A stretch of DNA of 64,000 nucleotides, from the NCBI GenBank assembly GCA_963826065.1, contig CAWGVP010000006.1, forward strand, positions 213,961 through 277,960, given 5' to 3'. The notes under the pieces were generated by a model. That model searched no databases and had not been told where the DNA came from. It saw only the letters and a program-made list of their open reading frames with translations. The position numbers were made by a program, and so were the translations under genes. Within the stretch, counting starts at the first letter, position 1; each line of letters starts with the position of its first letter. Of the stretch, positions 1 through 12,422 are shown in pieces. This DNA comes from an uncultured Gemmatimonadales bacterium. GTDB lineage: Bacteria > Gemmatimonadota > Gemmatimonadetes > Gemmatimonadales > GWC2-71-9.

Positions 1-2
1 TC

Positions 3-2408
<2,406 letters not shown>

Positions 2409-2427
2409 GGATTCAGACGGCGCGGGT

Positions 2428-2467
2428 CATCGTGACATCGTGGCATCGTGGCATCGTGGCATCCTGA
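2428..2467 (+). repeat. 8-bp tandem repeat (CATCGTGG-like, 5 units) running into the REP arm
   Basis: catcgtga-catcgtgg-catcgtgg-catcgtgg-catcctga read directly. Confidence 0.9.
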
Positions 2468-2524
2468 GTGAAGCGAAGGAGCCATGACCCAGGGCATGCC
2501 TCCTTCGCCTCGCTCAGGATGACA
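2457..2524. repeat. REP-like inverted doublet (locus A)
   Basis: Left arm TGGCATCCTGAGTGAAGCGAAGGAG 2457-2481; right arm CTCCTTCGCCTCGCTCAGGATGACA 2500-2524; between convergent genes. Confidence 0.92.
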
Positions 2525-3185
2525 ACGGGCGCGCTCGGCCGTGTTTCACCACCTCCAGCAGATCGGCCGGCCGCTCCAGCCAATAGTCTGGCTCCGTCCC
2601 CTCCAGCTGATCCCGGCCGAACGGCCCCCAGAGCACCGCCGCGGTGCGCACCCCCGCCGCTCGGCCCGACCGCATATCGTGGATGCTATCCCCGACGTAG
2701 ACCGTGCCGCCCGGGTCGGCGCCGAGCAGGCGCACCGCCTTCTCGACCGGCTCGGGATGCGGCTTCGGATTCTGCACCTCGTCGGCGCAGACCAGCACGT
2801 CCATGAGCGGTTCGAGCCGGGCCAGCGCCAACCCCCGGATCGCGCCCGTGCGGTTCTTGCTCGTCACCAGTCCGGTGGCGAGCCCGTCGGCCTTGAGCCG
2901 CTGCACCACGTCGACCACGCCCGGATAGACGGTCACCATCCGGTCGTGGTGCTTCAGGTTGTACTCCCGGTAAGTGGCGATGAGGGCGTCGAGCATTCCA
3001 GCGGTGCCGTCGCAGGCGGCGAATTGCGCGGTGAGTGGCGTGCCCACGCCCTCGAGCCATTCCGCGTCGCTGCGTGCAGGGAGGCCATGGGCCTCCAGGG
3101 TGTGGTGATAGCTGTCCAGGATCAGGCGGACCGAATCGATGAGGGTCCCATCCAGGTCGAAGAGCACGGTGTCGATCTTTGCCAT
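2514..3185 (-). CDS. HAD-IA family hydrolase (PpaX/phosphoglycolate phosphatase-like)
   Basis: FDLDGTL, VTSK, KPHPEP and VGDSIHD motifs; ATG at 3185; stop codon lies inside the REP arm. Confidence 0.9.
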   Translation of the reverse strand: MAKIDTVLFDLDGTLIDSVRLILDSYHHTLEAHGLPARSDAEWLEGVGTPLTAQFAACDGTAGMLDALIATYREYNLKHHDRMVTVYPGVVDVVQRLKADGLATGLVTSKNRTGAIRGLALARLEPLMDVLVCADEVQNPKPHPEPVEKAVRLLGADPGGTVYVGDSIHDMRSGRAAGVRTAAVLWGPFGRDQLEGTEPDYWLERPADLLEVVKHGRARPLSS

Positions 3186-3256
3186 GTCGGGAAATGTATT
3201 GAGACTGGCCGCCGCTTGCGGAGCGTTGCCGCGATCGGCCGCCGGCGGACGACTGA

Positions 3257-5467
3257 TCACTCCGGTGCGAACAGCAGCACTCCACCCAGGCACACCTCGA
3301 TCGCATCCCACCGACCCCGTGTTGCGGGAAGGCGAAACAACCCTCTCGTGAACTCCCCATCCGGCTTGTCGGCCAGCCGCTCCAGCTCCAGCGCCTCCCC
3401 GGCGGTGTGACCCCGCCCGACGAACGCCAGCGCGCGCTCGAGTCCGGCGAGCGCATCGAGATCGCGCCGGCGCGCCGCCTCCCGAATGCATTGATGCAGC
3501 CGGTGAGACACCCGTTGGGCCACGGCGTCCGCAGCCGGCGCCGCCCATCTGCTGCCTCGGGCGAGCGTGAGCCGGGATCGGATCGGGCCGGCGATCAACG
3601 ACAAGGCCTCGCGGAGTCTGGCTGGGTCAGGGTCCGTGGAGCGCGCCGCGATCGCATCGGCCAGTCTGGCAGCGATGATCGCCTCATCCTCGGTCCACTC
3701 CCCGCCGGGCTCGATCCAGACCAATGTCGACGCTAGCCTTAGTCGCTCGGGATTTCCTTCCGCGTAGAGCTCGAATCCTGCAAGTATGCCTGCGGGGCCT
3801 TGCCGTATCATCGCCGTACCCAACGACGCTTCGCCGGCGGCGTACGTGTCCGCCAAATCCGAGCGCCAACGCCACAGCCCGCGGCCCGCCGCACCGAGAC
3901 CGGCGGCGGCGGGCAGCCTGGCCTTTGTCACCAGGGTGTGCGAGATCCGCAGTGCTCGCTCGATGGTTGCCGGAGGCTTGAACGCGACCACCTCGACGTC
4001 GCGATGGATGGAGCCGAGTCGCACCGCCCTCCCTTCGCGCTGTTCCATGCGCATCGGCGTCCACGGCAGGTCGTAGTGAACGACTCGAGCTGCGCGCTGG
4101 AGGTCGAGCCCTTCGGCCGCGACGTCGGTAACCAGCAGATGGCGGACTCGTGGTGGGCTGGCGCGGTTCCCCTGGCGGAACCAGCCGAGCACGATCGCTC
4201 GTGGTGCTGGTGAATGACCGAGCCCGGCGCGGACGCCGGTGCACCAGGCGAGTGGAGGGGGGCCGAGCCGGTCGCGCAGGTATCGCACGGTTTCCCGGTG
4301 GGACGTGAACACCAGCGACGGTCGTTCATCGGCGAGGAGCGAGCGCAGGCGCTCCACCTTCCCGTCGGGCATCTCCTCGGCGGTGACGGCCAGGCGCAGA
4401 ACTTCATCGATGCGATGGAGATCGTCCAGCTGGAGCTCGCTCCGATCGGGACTGTCGGGCATCAGCTCCCACCAGACGAGCTGGCCCTCCAGCTCCCCGG
4501 TGAACCGGCGGATCGCCGACCGCTCGAGCGGTCGGCCGGCAGCCGCCGCGTCGCGCGCGTGGAGCAGGAGGTTCCGGTAGCGGCGAAGGGTGGCGGTCAA
4601 CGCGGCGGGGCTGGAGGCCGCGGCGCGGCGGAGCACCGCTCGTACCAGGGCTTCGGTGCCCGGCAGACGCGAGAGCCGCAGCCGGTCCAGGGAGGCGAGT
4701 GCCGATTCCGCCGCCGCGATCTCGGCCCTGCTCGGCTCGGTCGAGACGCTCCTGCGCCCGGGCCGGAGACCGTCGGGGCACGCCGACTCCACGACCAGCC
4801 TGCCGAGGGCGGGTGACCCGCGGCCAAGGGCGAGGAGGGCCCGGAGCGAGATCTCGCCGTCGGCGGCGAGCGCGTCGTCCCGGACTCCGAGCAGCAGTTG
4901 GTGGAGCAGATCGTCGAGGCGGTTGACCACTGGTGTGGCGGTGACCAGCAGGACCGGGCGGCCCATGAGCCAGGGCGCGACGTGGTGGTATCGCCGGGTC
5001 GATGGGTTTCGGAAGTGGTGCGCCTCGTCGACGATCACCAATCCCCGGTTGACGGCCGGCAGCCGTCCTCGGCTGACCGCCTGGTGCGACATGGTGATGA
5101 TGTCCACGCCGAGAGTGGAGGCCGCCGCTTTCCACTGCGGGATCAATGTCGCGGGCACCAGGCACGCCGTGGGACGGGCTCGGGAAAGAATCGCGGCCAG
5201 CGCGAGCGCTACCCAGGTCTTGCCGCTTCCGACCGGGTCCGCGAGTACCACCCCGCCATATCGCCGCAGCGTGTACAGCGCCCGGCGGAAGCTTCGGACC
5301 TGCTCCGGTCGCAGCCAGCCGGGCACCGGATCGGCGTCCTCGTCCGGCGCGAGGCGTCGCGCCATGGCACGTGCGACCTGCCCGGCCGGCGCCCAGCCTC
5401 CAGGCCGCAGGGCCGTCACCACCGGATCGGGGACGGGCGCGAGAGCTTCAGCGACGATCGTCGGCAC
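3257..5467 (-). CDS. SF2 (SNF2-like) helicase-related protein
   Basis: Motifs ADPVGSGKT, DEAHH, TATP, TDVAAEGLDL, HYDLPWTPMRMEQREGR; likely GTG start at 5467 overlapping the MTase stop. Confidence 0.85.
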   Translation of the reverse strand: MPTIVAEALAPVPDPVVTALRPGGWAPAGQVARAMARRLAPDEDADPVPGWLRPEQVRSFRRALYTLRRYGGVVLADPVGSGKTWVALALAAILSRARPTACLVPATLIPQWKAAASTLGVDIITMSHQAVSRGRLPAVNRGLVIVDEAHHFRNPSTRRYHHVAPWLMGRPVLLVTATPVVNRLDDLLHQLLLGVRDDALAADGEISLRALLALGRGSPALGRLVVESACPDGLRPGRRSVSTEPSRAEIAAAESALASLDRLRLSRLPGTEALVRAVLRRAAASSPAALTATLRRYRNLLLHARDAAAAGRPLERSAIRRFTGELEGQLVWWELMPDSPDRSELQLDDLHRIDEVLRLAVTAEEMPDGKVERLRSLLADERPSLVFTSHRETVRYLRDRLGPPPLAWCTGVRAGLGHSPAPRAIVLGWFRQGNRASPPRVRHLLVTDVAAEGLDLQRAARVVHYDLPWTPMRMEQREGRAVRLGSIHRDVEVVAFKPPATIERALRISHTLVTKARLPAAAGLGAAGRGLWRWRSDLADTYAAGEASLGTAMIRQGPAGILAGFELYAEGNPERLRLASTLVWIEPGGEWTEDEAIIAARLADAIAARSTDPDPARLREALSLIAGPIRSRLTLARGSRWAAPAADAVAQRVSHRLHQCIREAARRRDLDALAGLERALAFVGRGHTAGEALELERLADKPDGEFTRGLFRLPATRGRWDAIEVCLGGVLLFAPE

Positions 5468-8429
5468 GCCCGACCAGCGACCCGAGGAGCGCGGCGCGGT
5501 GGGCGGCGCCGAGACCGAGGTGTCCGGCGACGATGTCATCGAGCTCGGATTGCACTCGGCCGCCTTCGCGGGCCAAGCGGTTGAGGGCGGAGAGATCACC
5601 GTCGGCGAGAGCGGATGCCGGCAGCGGCAGCGCCCCCACAGTGGCCGCGGTGTATCGTGCGCATCCGCCGGCTGCGGGCACGGCACGTGTGCGAGCCGCC
5701 GCGCGCAGCCAGCTGCTGTTGAGCCAGGCGGCGAGCCGGTCGGCCTCCGCGTCGCTGCCGGTCAGGGCGACGTAGCAGCTGTTGAGTGGGATGGTGTCGG
5801 GTAAGCCCGCGAGCGAAGCCGCTCGGAGCCCGTTGGCGAGATCGGCCCAGACCACGCGGTGTGCCGCGCCGGCTGCGCGCGCCCGAAACAGCGTCCACGG
5901 TGGCCCCTTCACGTAGTCGGTTCGCGAGCGAAGCATCGGCAGATAGTCGGCGAGATAAGCCGCGGCTCGCGGCGGCAGGCGGGGCAGGGGCGAGCCATCC
6001 GCGCCGTGCGTCCACAGAAGGCGCGTGCGGTGCCGGGGCGTGAACGGCGCGAGGTCTCGTCCTCTCAGGGCCCAGCGCAGCAGCTCGCTCTCGACCTCGG
6101 GGGGGTCGAGGAAAACGCGGTTCGCACCGGTCTTGAGGCCGAGATGACAGGACACGGCCGAATCGAGCCTGGGATGATCGAGCCGCAGCGCGGCGAGCGC
6201 ATCGCGCAGGGGCTGACGGCCCAGAAGCCAGGGGCCGCCGCCACGAAGGCTGGACTGCGGCACCGTGGGGCCAGAGGCCAGCGACGTCCTGACGCGGTGA
6301 CGAGGAGGCGCCACCAGCTTCCGAGCTACCACAGCCAGCGGATAGACTGTAGCCTCGAAGGAGGCGTGGGGGCTGCCGGTGAGATCGGCGACGGCTACGA
6401 GCGTCGTTCCAGCGGCGAGGCCGTGCCGGGCGGCGGCGCCGTAGCCGGCGGCCGCGATCTTGGCCGGAACCAGCATCGCGATCACGCCTCCCGGGGCAAC
6501 GAGCTCCAGCGACCGCTCCAGAAAGGCCACGGCCAGATCGGGACGATTGGCATACCTGCCGCCTCCGGAGCGCCACCATCGGTACCGTCCCGCAAGCCGG
6601 CGGCGGAGGTCCACCGGCAACTCCTCGGCGCGAAGCCACGGTGGATTTCCCACCACGAGATCGAAGCCACCAGCCGTGACCACGTCGGCGAACTGAATCC
6701 GGTAGTCGAACCAGGGCACCTCACCCTCTCGAGCCAGCGCCCGCCGCAGCGACTTGGTCTGGTGGAGGTCACGTCTCAGCGACGCTAGCCGCTCCGCCCC
6801 GTCGGCATCGAGACCGCGGCGCGCGCCAAAAAGGTCGGCGCTGCGGGCCGCCCGGAGGCACTCCGCGATCGCGTCCCGCAACGAACTCTCGGTTGCGACC
6901 AGGGCGTGCTCAGCGATGCCCATTTCGGCTTTCGAGAGACGGCGGAGGATCCGGTGCTTGTCGGGGCCCGTCGCCGTCACGACCGCGCGCCGCAAGGCGG
7001 TCAGCTCGGACGTTCGCGCGCGGTCGGTGTGCGCGCGCAGGCCGGAGCTGGCGGGATCGAACAGGCTGTCTCCCTGGCGGATGAGGCAATCGAGGTTGGG
7101 GAGGGGAGACACCGCTTCGGGCCGCTCGGTGTGGTCGTCGGCGATGACGGCGAGCCAGAGTCGCAGCTCGGTAAGCCGCACGGCAGCGCCGTTCCGGTCC
7201 ACGCCGAACAGATTGCGCTGCAGGATCCTCCTTCGGGCTGCGGCGACGGAGCCGTTCGTGGTGAAGAGGGACGAGAGCCGGTCGAGTGCGCCGAGGAGGA
7301 AGGCCCCGGAGCCCACCGCGGGATCCAGGATCCTGATGCCGCGGACTGCCCGTCGCACACCATCATCTCGGTCCGCGAGACGGCGATCCGCCTCGGCCTG
7401 GGAACATCCGAGTCGATCGGCGATCAGCGCGCTGAGCCCCGTGCCGAGCAGCTCTTCGACCAGGGCCGCCGGGGTGTAGTAGGTACCGGATGCGTGGCGC
7501 TCGTCCGGCGCCATCACCCCCTCGAAGACCCGGCCGAGCATGTCCGGAGCGATGCCACCGCGCTCCCCCTCAGCCACGGTAAAATGAAAACGCTCGAACA
7601 GCCGGTCGAATGCGTCTCGCCACGAGGCATTGGTGATGTCTCCGCGCAGCTTTCGCTCCAGAGGGTGCGGCTCGAACAGTCCTCCGTTGAGGAAGGGGAT
7701 CGGGCCGAACCCGCGTGCGGCGCGGCCCCGCTCGGCGATGGGCCGGTTGAGCGTACCGAAGAAGAGCGGTCGCAGCAGGTCTCTATGGACGCGACGCTTT
7801 CGCGCAAGGCAGTGGTCCACGGCGTCCGCGAGGAACCGGACGTTGCCTCCCAGCCATCCCTTGGCCTGGACGAAGTAGAGGAAGAGGATGCGGGTCAGCT
7901 GCAGCAGCGCGAGGGCATGGCGGTCGGCCTGGGGAAGGGGACCGGGAAGGCCGGCGGCCATGCCCTCGAGCGTGGCGCGGAACTCCCGAAAGAACCGTTG
8001 GCCGAGCGCTTCGCCGCCGAGCGCATCGGCGACCTGCGCCGCGTACCCCGCTACCCCCGAAGAACATGGATCCGAGAGACGACGGAGACTTGCGAGCGCA
8101 GGTGGGCTGGGCCGGTCGAGATCCAGCGTCAGCCGCGCCGCGCCATCGAGCGAGGCAGTGAGCGTCAAGCGCCTGGCCGCGGGATCGAGACCGAGCACGC
8201 CGCAGAGCCGTCCCCGCCCCGCCATCCTGCGGGCGAGCGTTCGCGCCCCCTGCTCGGCGCGGGGTCCGGACACCGCATACCAGGGAAATTTTCCCGCCCG
8301 GCCGACCACCACCGTCCGCTCCCTGCCGCCCGGCACTGGGTCCCACAAGGGCTCGTGGCCCAGCGCAGCGGTGAGAGCGGGCAGGTCTTCCAGTGAGCGG
8401 ATCCCCTTCAACAGGTCCGCCAGCTCCAC
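5448..8429 (-). CDS. Eco57I/TaqI-like N6-adenine DNA methyltransferase with C-terminal target-recognition region
   Basis: GTYYTP, ILDPAVGSGAFL (SAM binding), VVGNPPW (catalytic), TaqI_C-like GLKTGANRVF/LNSCY/AWLNS; start estimated at GTG 8429. Confidence 0.87.
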   Translation of the reverse strand: MELADLLKGIRSLEDLPALTAALGHEPLWDPVPGGRERTVVVGRAGKFPWYAVSGPRAEQGARTLARRMAGRGRLCGVLGLDPAARRLTLTASLDGAARLTLDLDRPSPPALASLRRLSDPCSSGVAGYAAQVADALGGEALGQRFFREFRATLEGMAAGLPGPLPQADRHALALLQLTRILFLYFVQAKGWLGGNVRFLADAVDHCLARKRRVHRDLLRPLFFGTLNRPIAERGRAARGFGPIPFLNGGLFEPHPLERKLRGDITNASWRDAFDRLFERFHFTVAEGERGGIAPDMLGRVFEGVMAPDERHASGTYYTPAALVEELLGTGLSALIADRLGCSQAEADRRLADRDDGVRRAVRGIRILDPAVGSGAFLLGALDRLSSLFTTNGSVAAARRRILQRNLFGVDRNGAAVRLTELRLWLAVIADDHTERPEAVSPLPNLDCLIRQGDSLFDPASSGLRAHTDRARTSELTALRRAVVTATGPDKHRILRRLSKAEMGIAEHALVATESSLRDAIAECLRAARSADLFGARRGLDADGAERLASLRRDLHQTKSLRRALAREGEVPWFDYRIQFADVVTAGGFDLVVGNPPWLRAEELPVDLRRRLAGRYRWWRSGGGRYANRPDLAVAFLERSLELVAPGGVIAMLVPAKIAAAGYGAAARHGLAAGTTLVAVADLTGSPHASFEATVYPLAVVARKLVAPPRHRVRTSLASGPTVPQSSLRGGGPWLLGRQPLRDALAALRLDHPRLDSAVSCHLGLKTGANRVFLDPPEVESELLRWALRGRDLAPFTPRHRTRLLWTHGADGSPLPRLPPRAAAYLADYLPMLRSRTDYVKGPPWTLFRARAAGAAHRVVWADLANGLRAASLAGLPDTIPLNSCYVALTGSDAEADRLAAWLNSSWLRAAARTRAVPAAGGCARYTAATVGALPLPASALADGDLSALNRLAREGGRVQSELDDIVAGHLGLGAAHRAALLGSLVGRADDRR

Positions 8430-8589
8430 TCGGGCTCCAGGTAGGTGGGGCCCCACCCTAGTCCCCGGGCTCGTCCCTTGCTGAACCGGCAGCCCGCCGA
8501 GAGTACCGAATTGCGCTGAACGCCGCGGCGGGATACCATCCCCCCGGGCTTCCTGCGCCGCCTTCAAACTCCCAATCAACCGTGTGGCA

Positions 8590-9246
8590 ATGACATACGT
8601 CCTACGATCCGTCTGCTCCCTTGCGCTCCTCCTCCTCCTCGCGCGCCCAGTGGCCGGCCAGGCGGTGGCGGACAGCGGCGTCTTCGTCGTGCGTCATTCC
8701 GGGGACACGGTGGCCACGGAGACGTTCTCCCGGAAGAAGACCTCGATCCAGGGAACCCTGGCGCTCAACAACTCGAAGCACACCTTTCATCGCTACACGG
8801 CGGTCCTGGCACCAGACGCCTCGGTGCCGATGATCGATGTCGCCGTGCGGGAGGATGCCGACAGCGGCCGGGTGAAGGCGAGACTGGTGCAGCGGGCGAG
8901 AGTGATCTTCAAGGAAGACAGCGCGGCGGTGGACGCCGTGATCGGCCAGTCGATCGAGACCCGGGTGTTCGGCACCCAGGTGGGCGCGATTCCCTATCTC
9001 AACATGTCGTTCGCGCTGCTGGAGCAGGCCGTCCGCCGCAGCCGCGCCGCCGGCGCGACGGCCGGTCAGGTGCCGTTCTTCAATCTCGGGGGCGGGCAGA
9101 CGGTGAGCGGCACGCTGAAATCCGTCGGATCCGATTCGCTCACCCTGGCAATCGGCGAGATCGAGTTCAGACTGAGAGTGGATCCCGAGGGTCGAGTGCT
9201 CGGGGGCACGATACCCGCGCAGGATGTGACCGTGGACCGGAAGTAG
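8590..9246 (+). CDS. Exported hypothetical protein
   Basis: Signal peptide (LALLLLLARPVAG), coding-like GC3 bias. Confidence 0.75.
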   Translation: MTYVLRSVCSLALLLLLARPVAGQAVADSGVFVVRHSGDTVATETFSRKKTSIQGTLALNNSKHTFHRYTAVLAPDASVPMIDVAVREDADSGRVKARLVQRARVIFKEDSAAVDAVIGQSIETRVFGTQVGAIPYLNMSFALLEQAVRRSRAAGATAGQVPFFNLGGGQTVSGTLKSVGSDSLTLAIGEIEFRLRVDPEGRVLGGTIPAQDVTVDRK

Positions 9247-9294
9247 ACCAGACACTCATCGCCATCGTTGCGTCACCCATCCATCGGAGGGCGT

Positions 9295-9690
9295 ATGTCC
9301 GTTGAGCGCACCCGGGAGGTCATGACGAGGTACCTGGATTCCCAGCACAGCGACCTCAGCATGATGGCGGAGGATGTGGTGTTCACCAACATGGCGACCG
9401 GAGAGGAGCATCGCGGAGTCGAGGGCGTGCGGAGGATGCTCGATCACGTCTACCACGAGGCCTTCGACGCGAAGGCCGAGACCCGCAACCGGATCTACGC
9501 CGAGAACCGGGCCGTCCTCGAGGGCGAGTTCGTCGGCACCCACATCGGCACCTTTGCGGGCATCCCGGCGACCCGGCGCGAGGTGCGTGTGCCGCTCTGT
9601 GTGGTCTACGATCTCGAGAACGGAAAGATTTCGCGCGGCCGGGTGTACATGCAGGTGCCGGTGCTCCTGCGTCAACTGGCACCTTCGTAG
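9295..9690 (+). CDS. SnoaL-like ester cyclase (NTF2 fold)
   Basis: GTHIGTFAGIPATRREV motif; RBS GGAGG before ATG 9295. Confidence 0.88.
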   Translation: MSVERTREVMTRYLDSQHSDLSMMAEDVVFTNMATGEEHRGVEGVRRMLDHVYHEAFDAKAETRNRIYAENRAVLEGEFVGTHIGTFAGIPATRREVRVPLCVVYDLENGKISRGRVYMQVPVLLRQLAPS

Positions 9691-10805
9691 ACTCTTCCCC
9701 TCCACTCGACCCGTCGCGCGCCTCGCCAGGTCGATCGCAGGCCGATGTACAGCCCGACCAGGGCGCCGAGCGGGTACAGCAGGCCGTACCAGGCAGGGAT
9801 CCTCATGCTGTAGCTGATCGTCATCCAGAAGATCGCGGAGAGCGCCGCCGCCGCCGCCGCCGGGACCAGGCCGCCGCCGGCCACCGCGAGCGCGACCGGC
9901 GGCACCAGCCAGAACGCGAACGACGCCGCCAGTATGACCGGCACCAGCGCCCGAAGCACCCTGTTCTCCGGAAACGACCGCCGGCCGCCCAGGTACATGT
10001 TCTTCGACCAGCCCTCGACGAGGTGCGGCAGGCTGTGGTACATCCGGGTCTCCATCAGCCGTTCCGCGAACGCGAAGTGGATCCGACGTCCGGCCCGATG
10101 AAACACCTGGGCCAGTACCAGGTCCTCCGCCACCTCGCCGCGGACGACCTGGTGCGTGCCCACCGCCTCGTAGCTCTCCCGTGGCACCAGGATGAACTGG
10201 CCGTTGGCGATCACGTCGCGCGTCCGCGTGGCACGATTCACTCGTGACGGGTGATAGCGCAGGGCCAGCAGCAGCCAGACCTGCGGCATGACCAGGCGTT
10301 CCCAGAAGGTCACGCAAATCTGCCGGGGCGCGACGGTCACCAGGTCCGCTCGCTGCTGCCTCAGGGCGCCGACCGCTCGTTCCAGCAGCTCCGGCTCGTG
10401 GCGGGTGTCCGCGTCGGTGAACAGGAGGATGTCGCCTCGTGCCGCGCGATAGCCCTGAAGGCACGCCCAGGGCTTGCCGTACCATCCTTCGGGCATCGGC
10501 TCTCCCCGGACGAGTCGTACCCGGGGATCCTCCGTTGCGAGGCGCTGGACGATGCTCGCGGTGTCGTCGGTGCTGCGGTCGTCCACCACCAGGAGCTCCA
10601 GCGGCCGATAGGTGGAGGCGAGCACCGAGCGCACCACGGTCTCGATGACCGCGGCTTCGTTGCGGGCGGGAATGATGACCGACACCGGCGTGCCGTTCGC
10701 GGGAGGGACGTCGGAGAGATTGGGGCGGTTGTCTGCCAGACGAAACAGGCTCGCGAAGGGCGCGAGCCATGGCAGGGCAGGCAGCAGCTCGAGGAACGAC
10801 GTCAT
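9672..10805 (-). CDS. Family 2 glycosyltransferase (CrtQ/HpnB-like membrane type)
   Basis: IIPARNE, VDDRSTD, GWYGKPWAC, FTDAD, ANGQF, AEDL, GWSKN motifs and C-terminal TM helices. Confidence 0.88.
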   Translation of the reverse strand: MTSFLELLPALPWLAPFASLFRLADNRPNLSDVPPANGTPVSVIIPARNEAAVIETVVRSVLASTYRPLELLVVDDRSTDDTASIVQRLATEDPRVRLVRGEPMPEGWYGKPWACLQGYRAARGDILLFTDADTRHEPELLERAVGALRQQRADLVTVAPRQICVTFWERLVMPQVWLLLALRYHPSRVNRATRTRDVIANGQFILVPRESYEAVGTHQVVRGEVAEDLVLAQVFHRAGRRIHFAFAERLMETRMYHSLPHLVEGWSKNMYLGGRRSFPENRVLRALVPVILAASFAFWLVPPVALAVAGGGLVPAAAAAALSAIFWMTISYSMRIPAWYGLLYPLGALVGLYIGLRSTWRGARRVEWRGRVYEGAS

Positions 10806-10822
10806 GGGCCCGCCGCTGCCGG

Positions 10823-11386
10823 CTAACGCTGCGGCTGCTTGACGACCGAGTTGAGCTCCTGCTCCAGTGCGTCGAGCTGCCGTTCCACCTCCGCGCGATC
10901 GTACTCGGCGCCCGAGGTCGGGACCCCGTTCTGGGCAAAGAGCGTCGCGACCAGGGCGTCGGTGTAGCCCACGACGGCCACCGCGATACCTTTGTCGAGC
11001 ACCCGATTCAGCCGCAGCATGATCGCCATGCCCTGCCGGGCGCGCATCGCCGCGAGGACCGGCGCGAGGTTCCGGGTGAGCAGCTCACGAAGAAACTGGA
11101 GCTCCTCTACCACTTCGCCCGCCGCGAGACCCCGGGCGGAGGCCACGCGGCCGTAGTGTTCGCAGACCCGGAACCAGACGGTGTTGACCTCGCGCCGGAG
11201 CGGGCCGACCATTTCGGCGACGACGTCGAGCAGGAGCCGGAACTCCCGCTCCACGGTGGCGCGGGGTATCGTGGGGGCTGCCGTGATGCGATCGCCCAGC
11301 CAGTCAGCCCATTGGGTGACCATGGCGTCTCGCATCTCGGCGATGACGCGGCCGGCGGCGAGCAACGCGGGTTGCGAAGCGCGCAA
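10823..11386 (-). CDS. Hypothetical helical protein, RsbRD N-terminal-like domain
   Basis: HYGRVASARGLAAGEVVEELQFLR resembles the RsbRD_N signature; start uncertain. Confidence 0.6.
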   Translation of the reverse strand: MRASQPALLAAGRVIAEMRDAMVTQWADWLGDRITAAPTIPRATVEREFRLLLDVVAEMVGPLRREVNTVWFRVCEHYGRVASARGLAAGEVVEELQFLRELLTRNLAPVLAAMRARQGMAIMLRLNRVLDKGIAVAVVGYTDALVATLFAQNGVPTSGAEYDRAEVERQLDALEQELNSVVKQPQR

Positions 11387-11446
11387 ACCAGTCCCCCTGG
11401 TGAAGGTGTCGGCAATCTAAGGCGGAGCGACTATGGGGTCAAAAAC

Positions 11447-12394
11447 GTGATTCGACCGCCGAAACTGAATCGCGGCAGCCGCGTCGCGCTGGTTGCCCCC
11501 GCGGGGCCACTGCTCGAGCGTGATGATTTAACTCGGGCCGAGACGCTGTGCCGTGCGCTGGGTTACGAACCATCGTTGGGGCGCAACACGGCGGCCCGCC
11601 ACGGGTATTTCGCGGGGACCGACGACCAGCGCCTCGCCGACCTCAACGACGCGCTGCGGGACCCCGCGGTCGCTGCAGTCTGGTGCATCCGCGGCGGCTA
11701 CGGCACCACCCGCATCCTGGATCGGATGGACTTCGACGCCCTCGCGGCCCACCCGAAGCCGCTGATCGGGTACTCCGACATCACCGCCATCCTCAACGCG
11801 GTCACCAGGCGAACCGGCATGGTGACGTTCCATGCGCCGATGGCGCGAGCCGCCATGCCGGCCTTCGCCCGCTGGCACTTCGAGCGGGTGCTCGCGTCGG
11901 CCGAGCCGGCCGGCCGGCTCGGCCGACTGCCCGAGCCGCCGGGTGTGCTCCTGCCGCACGAGAACCGGATCGCGCGGCTGCATGGCGGGGTCGCGGAAGG
12001 GCCCCTGGCAGGCGGTAACCTGACCCTGCTCCAGTGCCTGGTGGGAACGTCTCACTTTCCCGACCTCGATGGCGCCATCCTGTTCCTCGAGGACGTGGGC
12101 GAGGACCTCTACCGGGTGGATCGCATGCTGGCACACCTGCGCATGGCCGGGGCGCTCGAGCGGCTCGCCGGGGTGGCGGTGGGTCGCTTCACCGAGCTCA
12201 AGCGCGCCATGACCGACGGCGCGCTCGGCTTCGACGAGGTACTGGCGACCTACTTCCTGCCGCTCGGCATCCCGGTGGCGTACGGCTTCCCGATCGGCCA
12301 CATAGACGACCAATGGACCTTGCCGTTAGGCGTGCGCGCGCGGCTCGACGCCGATGCCGGCGAGCTGGAGCTGCTGGAGGCCGCGGTAGGCTGA
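11447..12394 (+). CDS. LD-carboxypeptidase (peptidase S66)
   Basis: RGGYG, GYSDIT, GGNL, LEDVGE, PIGH motifs; GTG start 11447. Confidence 0.92.
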   Translation: MIRPPKLNRGSRVALVAPAGPLLERDDLTRAETLCRALGYEPSLGRNTAARHGYFAGTDDQRLADLNDALRDPAVAAVWCIRGGYGTTRILDRMDFDALAAHPKPLIGYSDITAILNAVTRRTGMVTFHAPMARAAMPAFARWHFERVLASAEPAGRLGRLPEPPGVLLPHENRIARLHGGVAEGPLAGGNLTLLQCLVGTSHFPDLDGAILFLEDVGEDLYRVDRMLAHLRMAGALERLAGVAVGRFTELKRAMTDGALGFDEVLATYFLPLGIPVAYGFPIGHIDDQWTLPLGVRARLDADAGELELLEAAVG

Positions 12395-12422
12395 GCGCAC
12401 CGTTCCAGCGTTATACTAGGCG

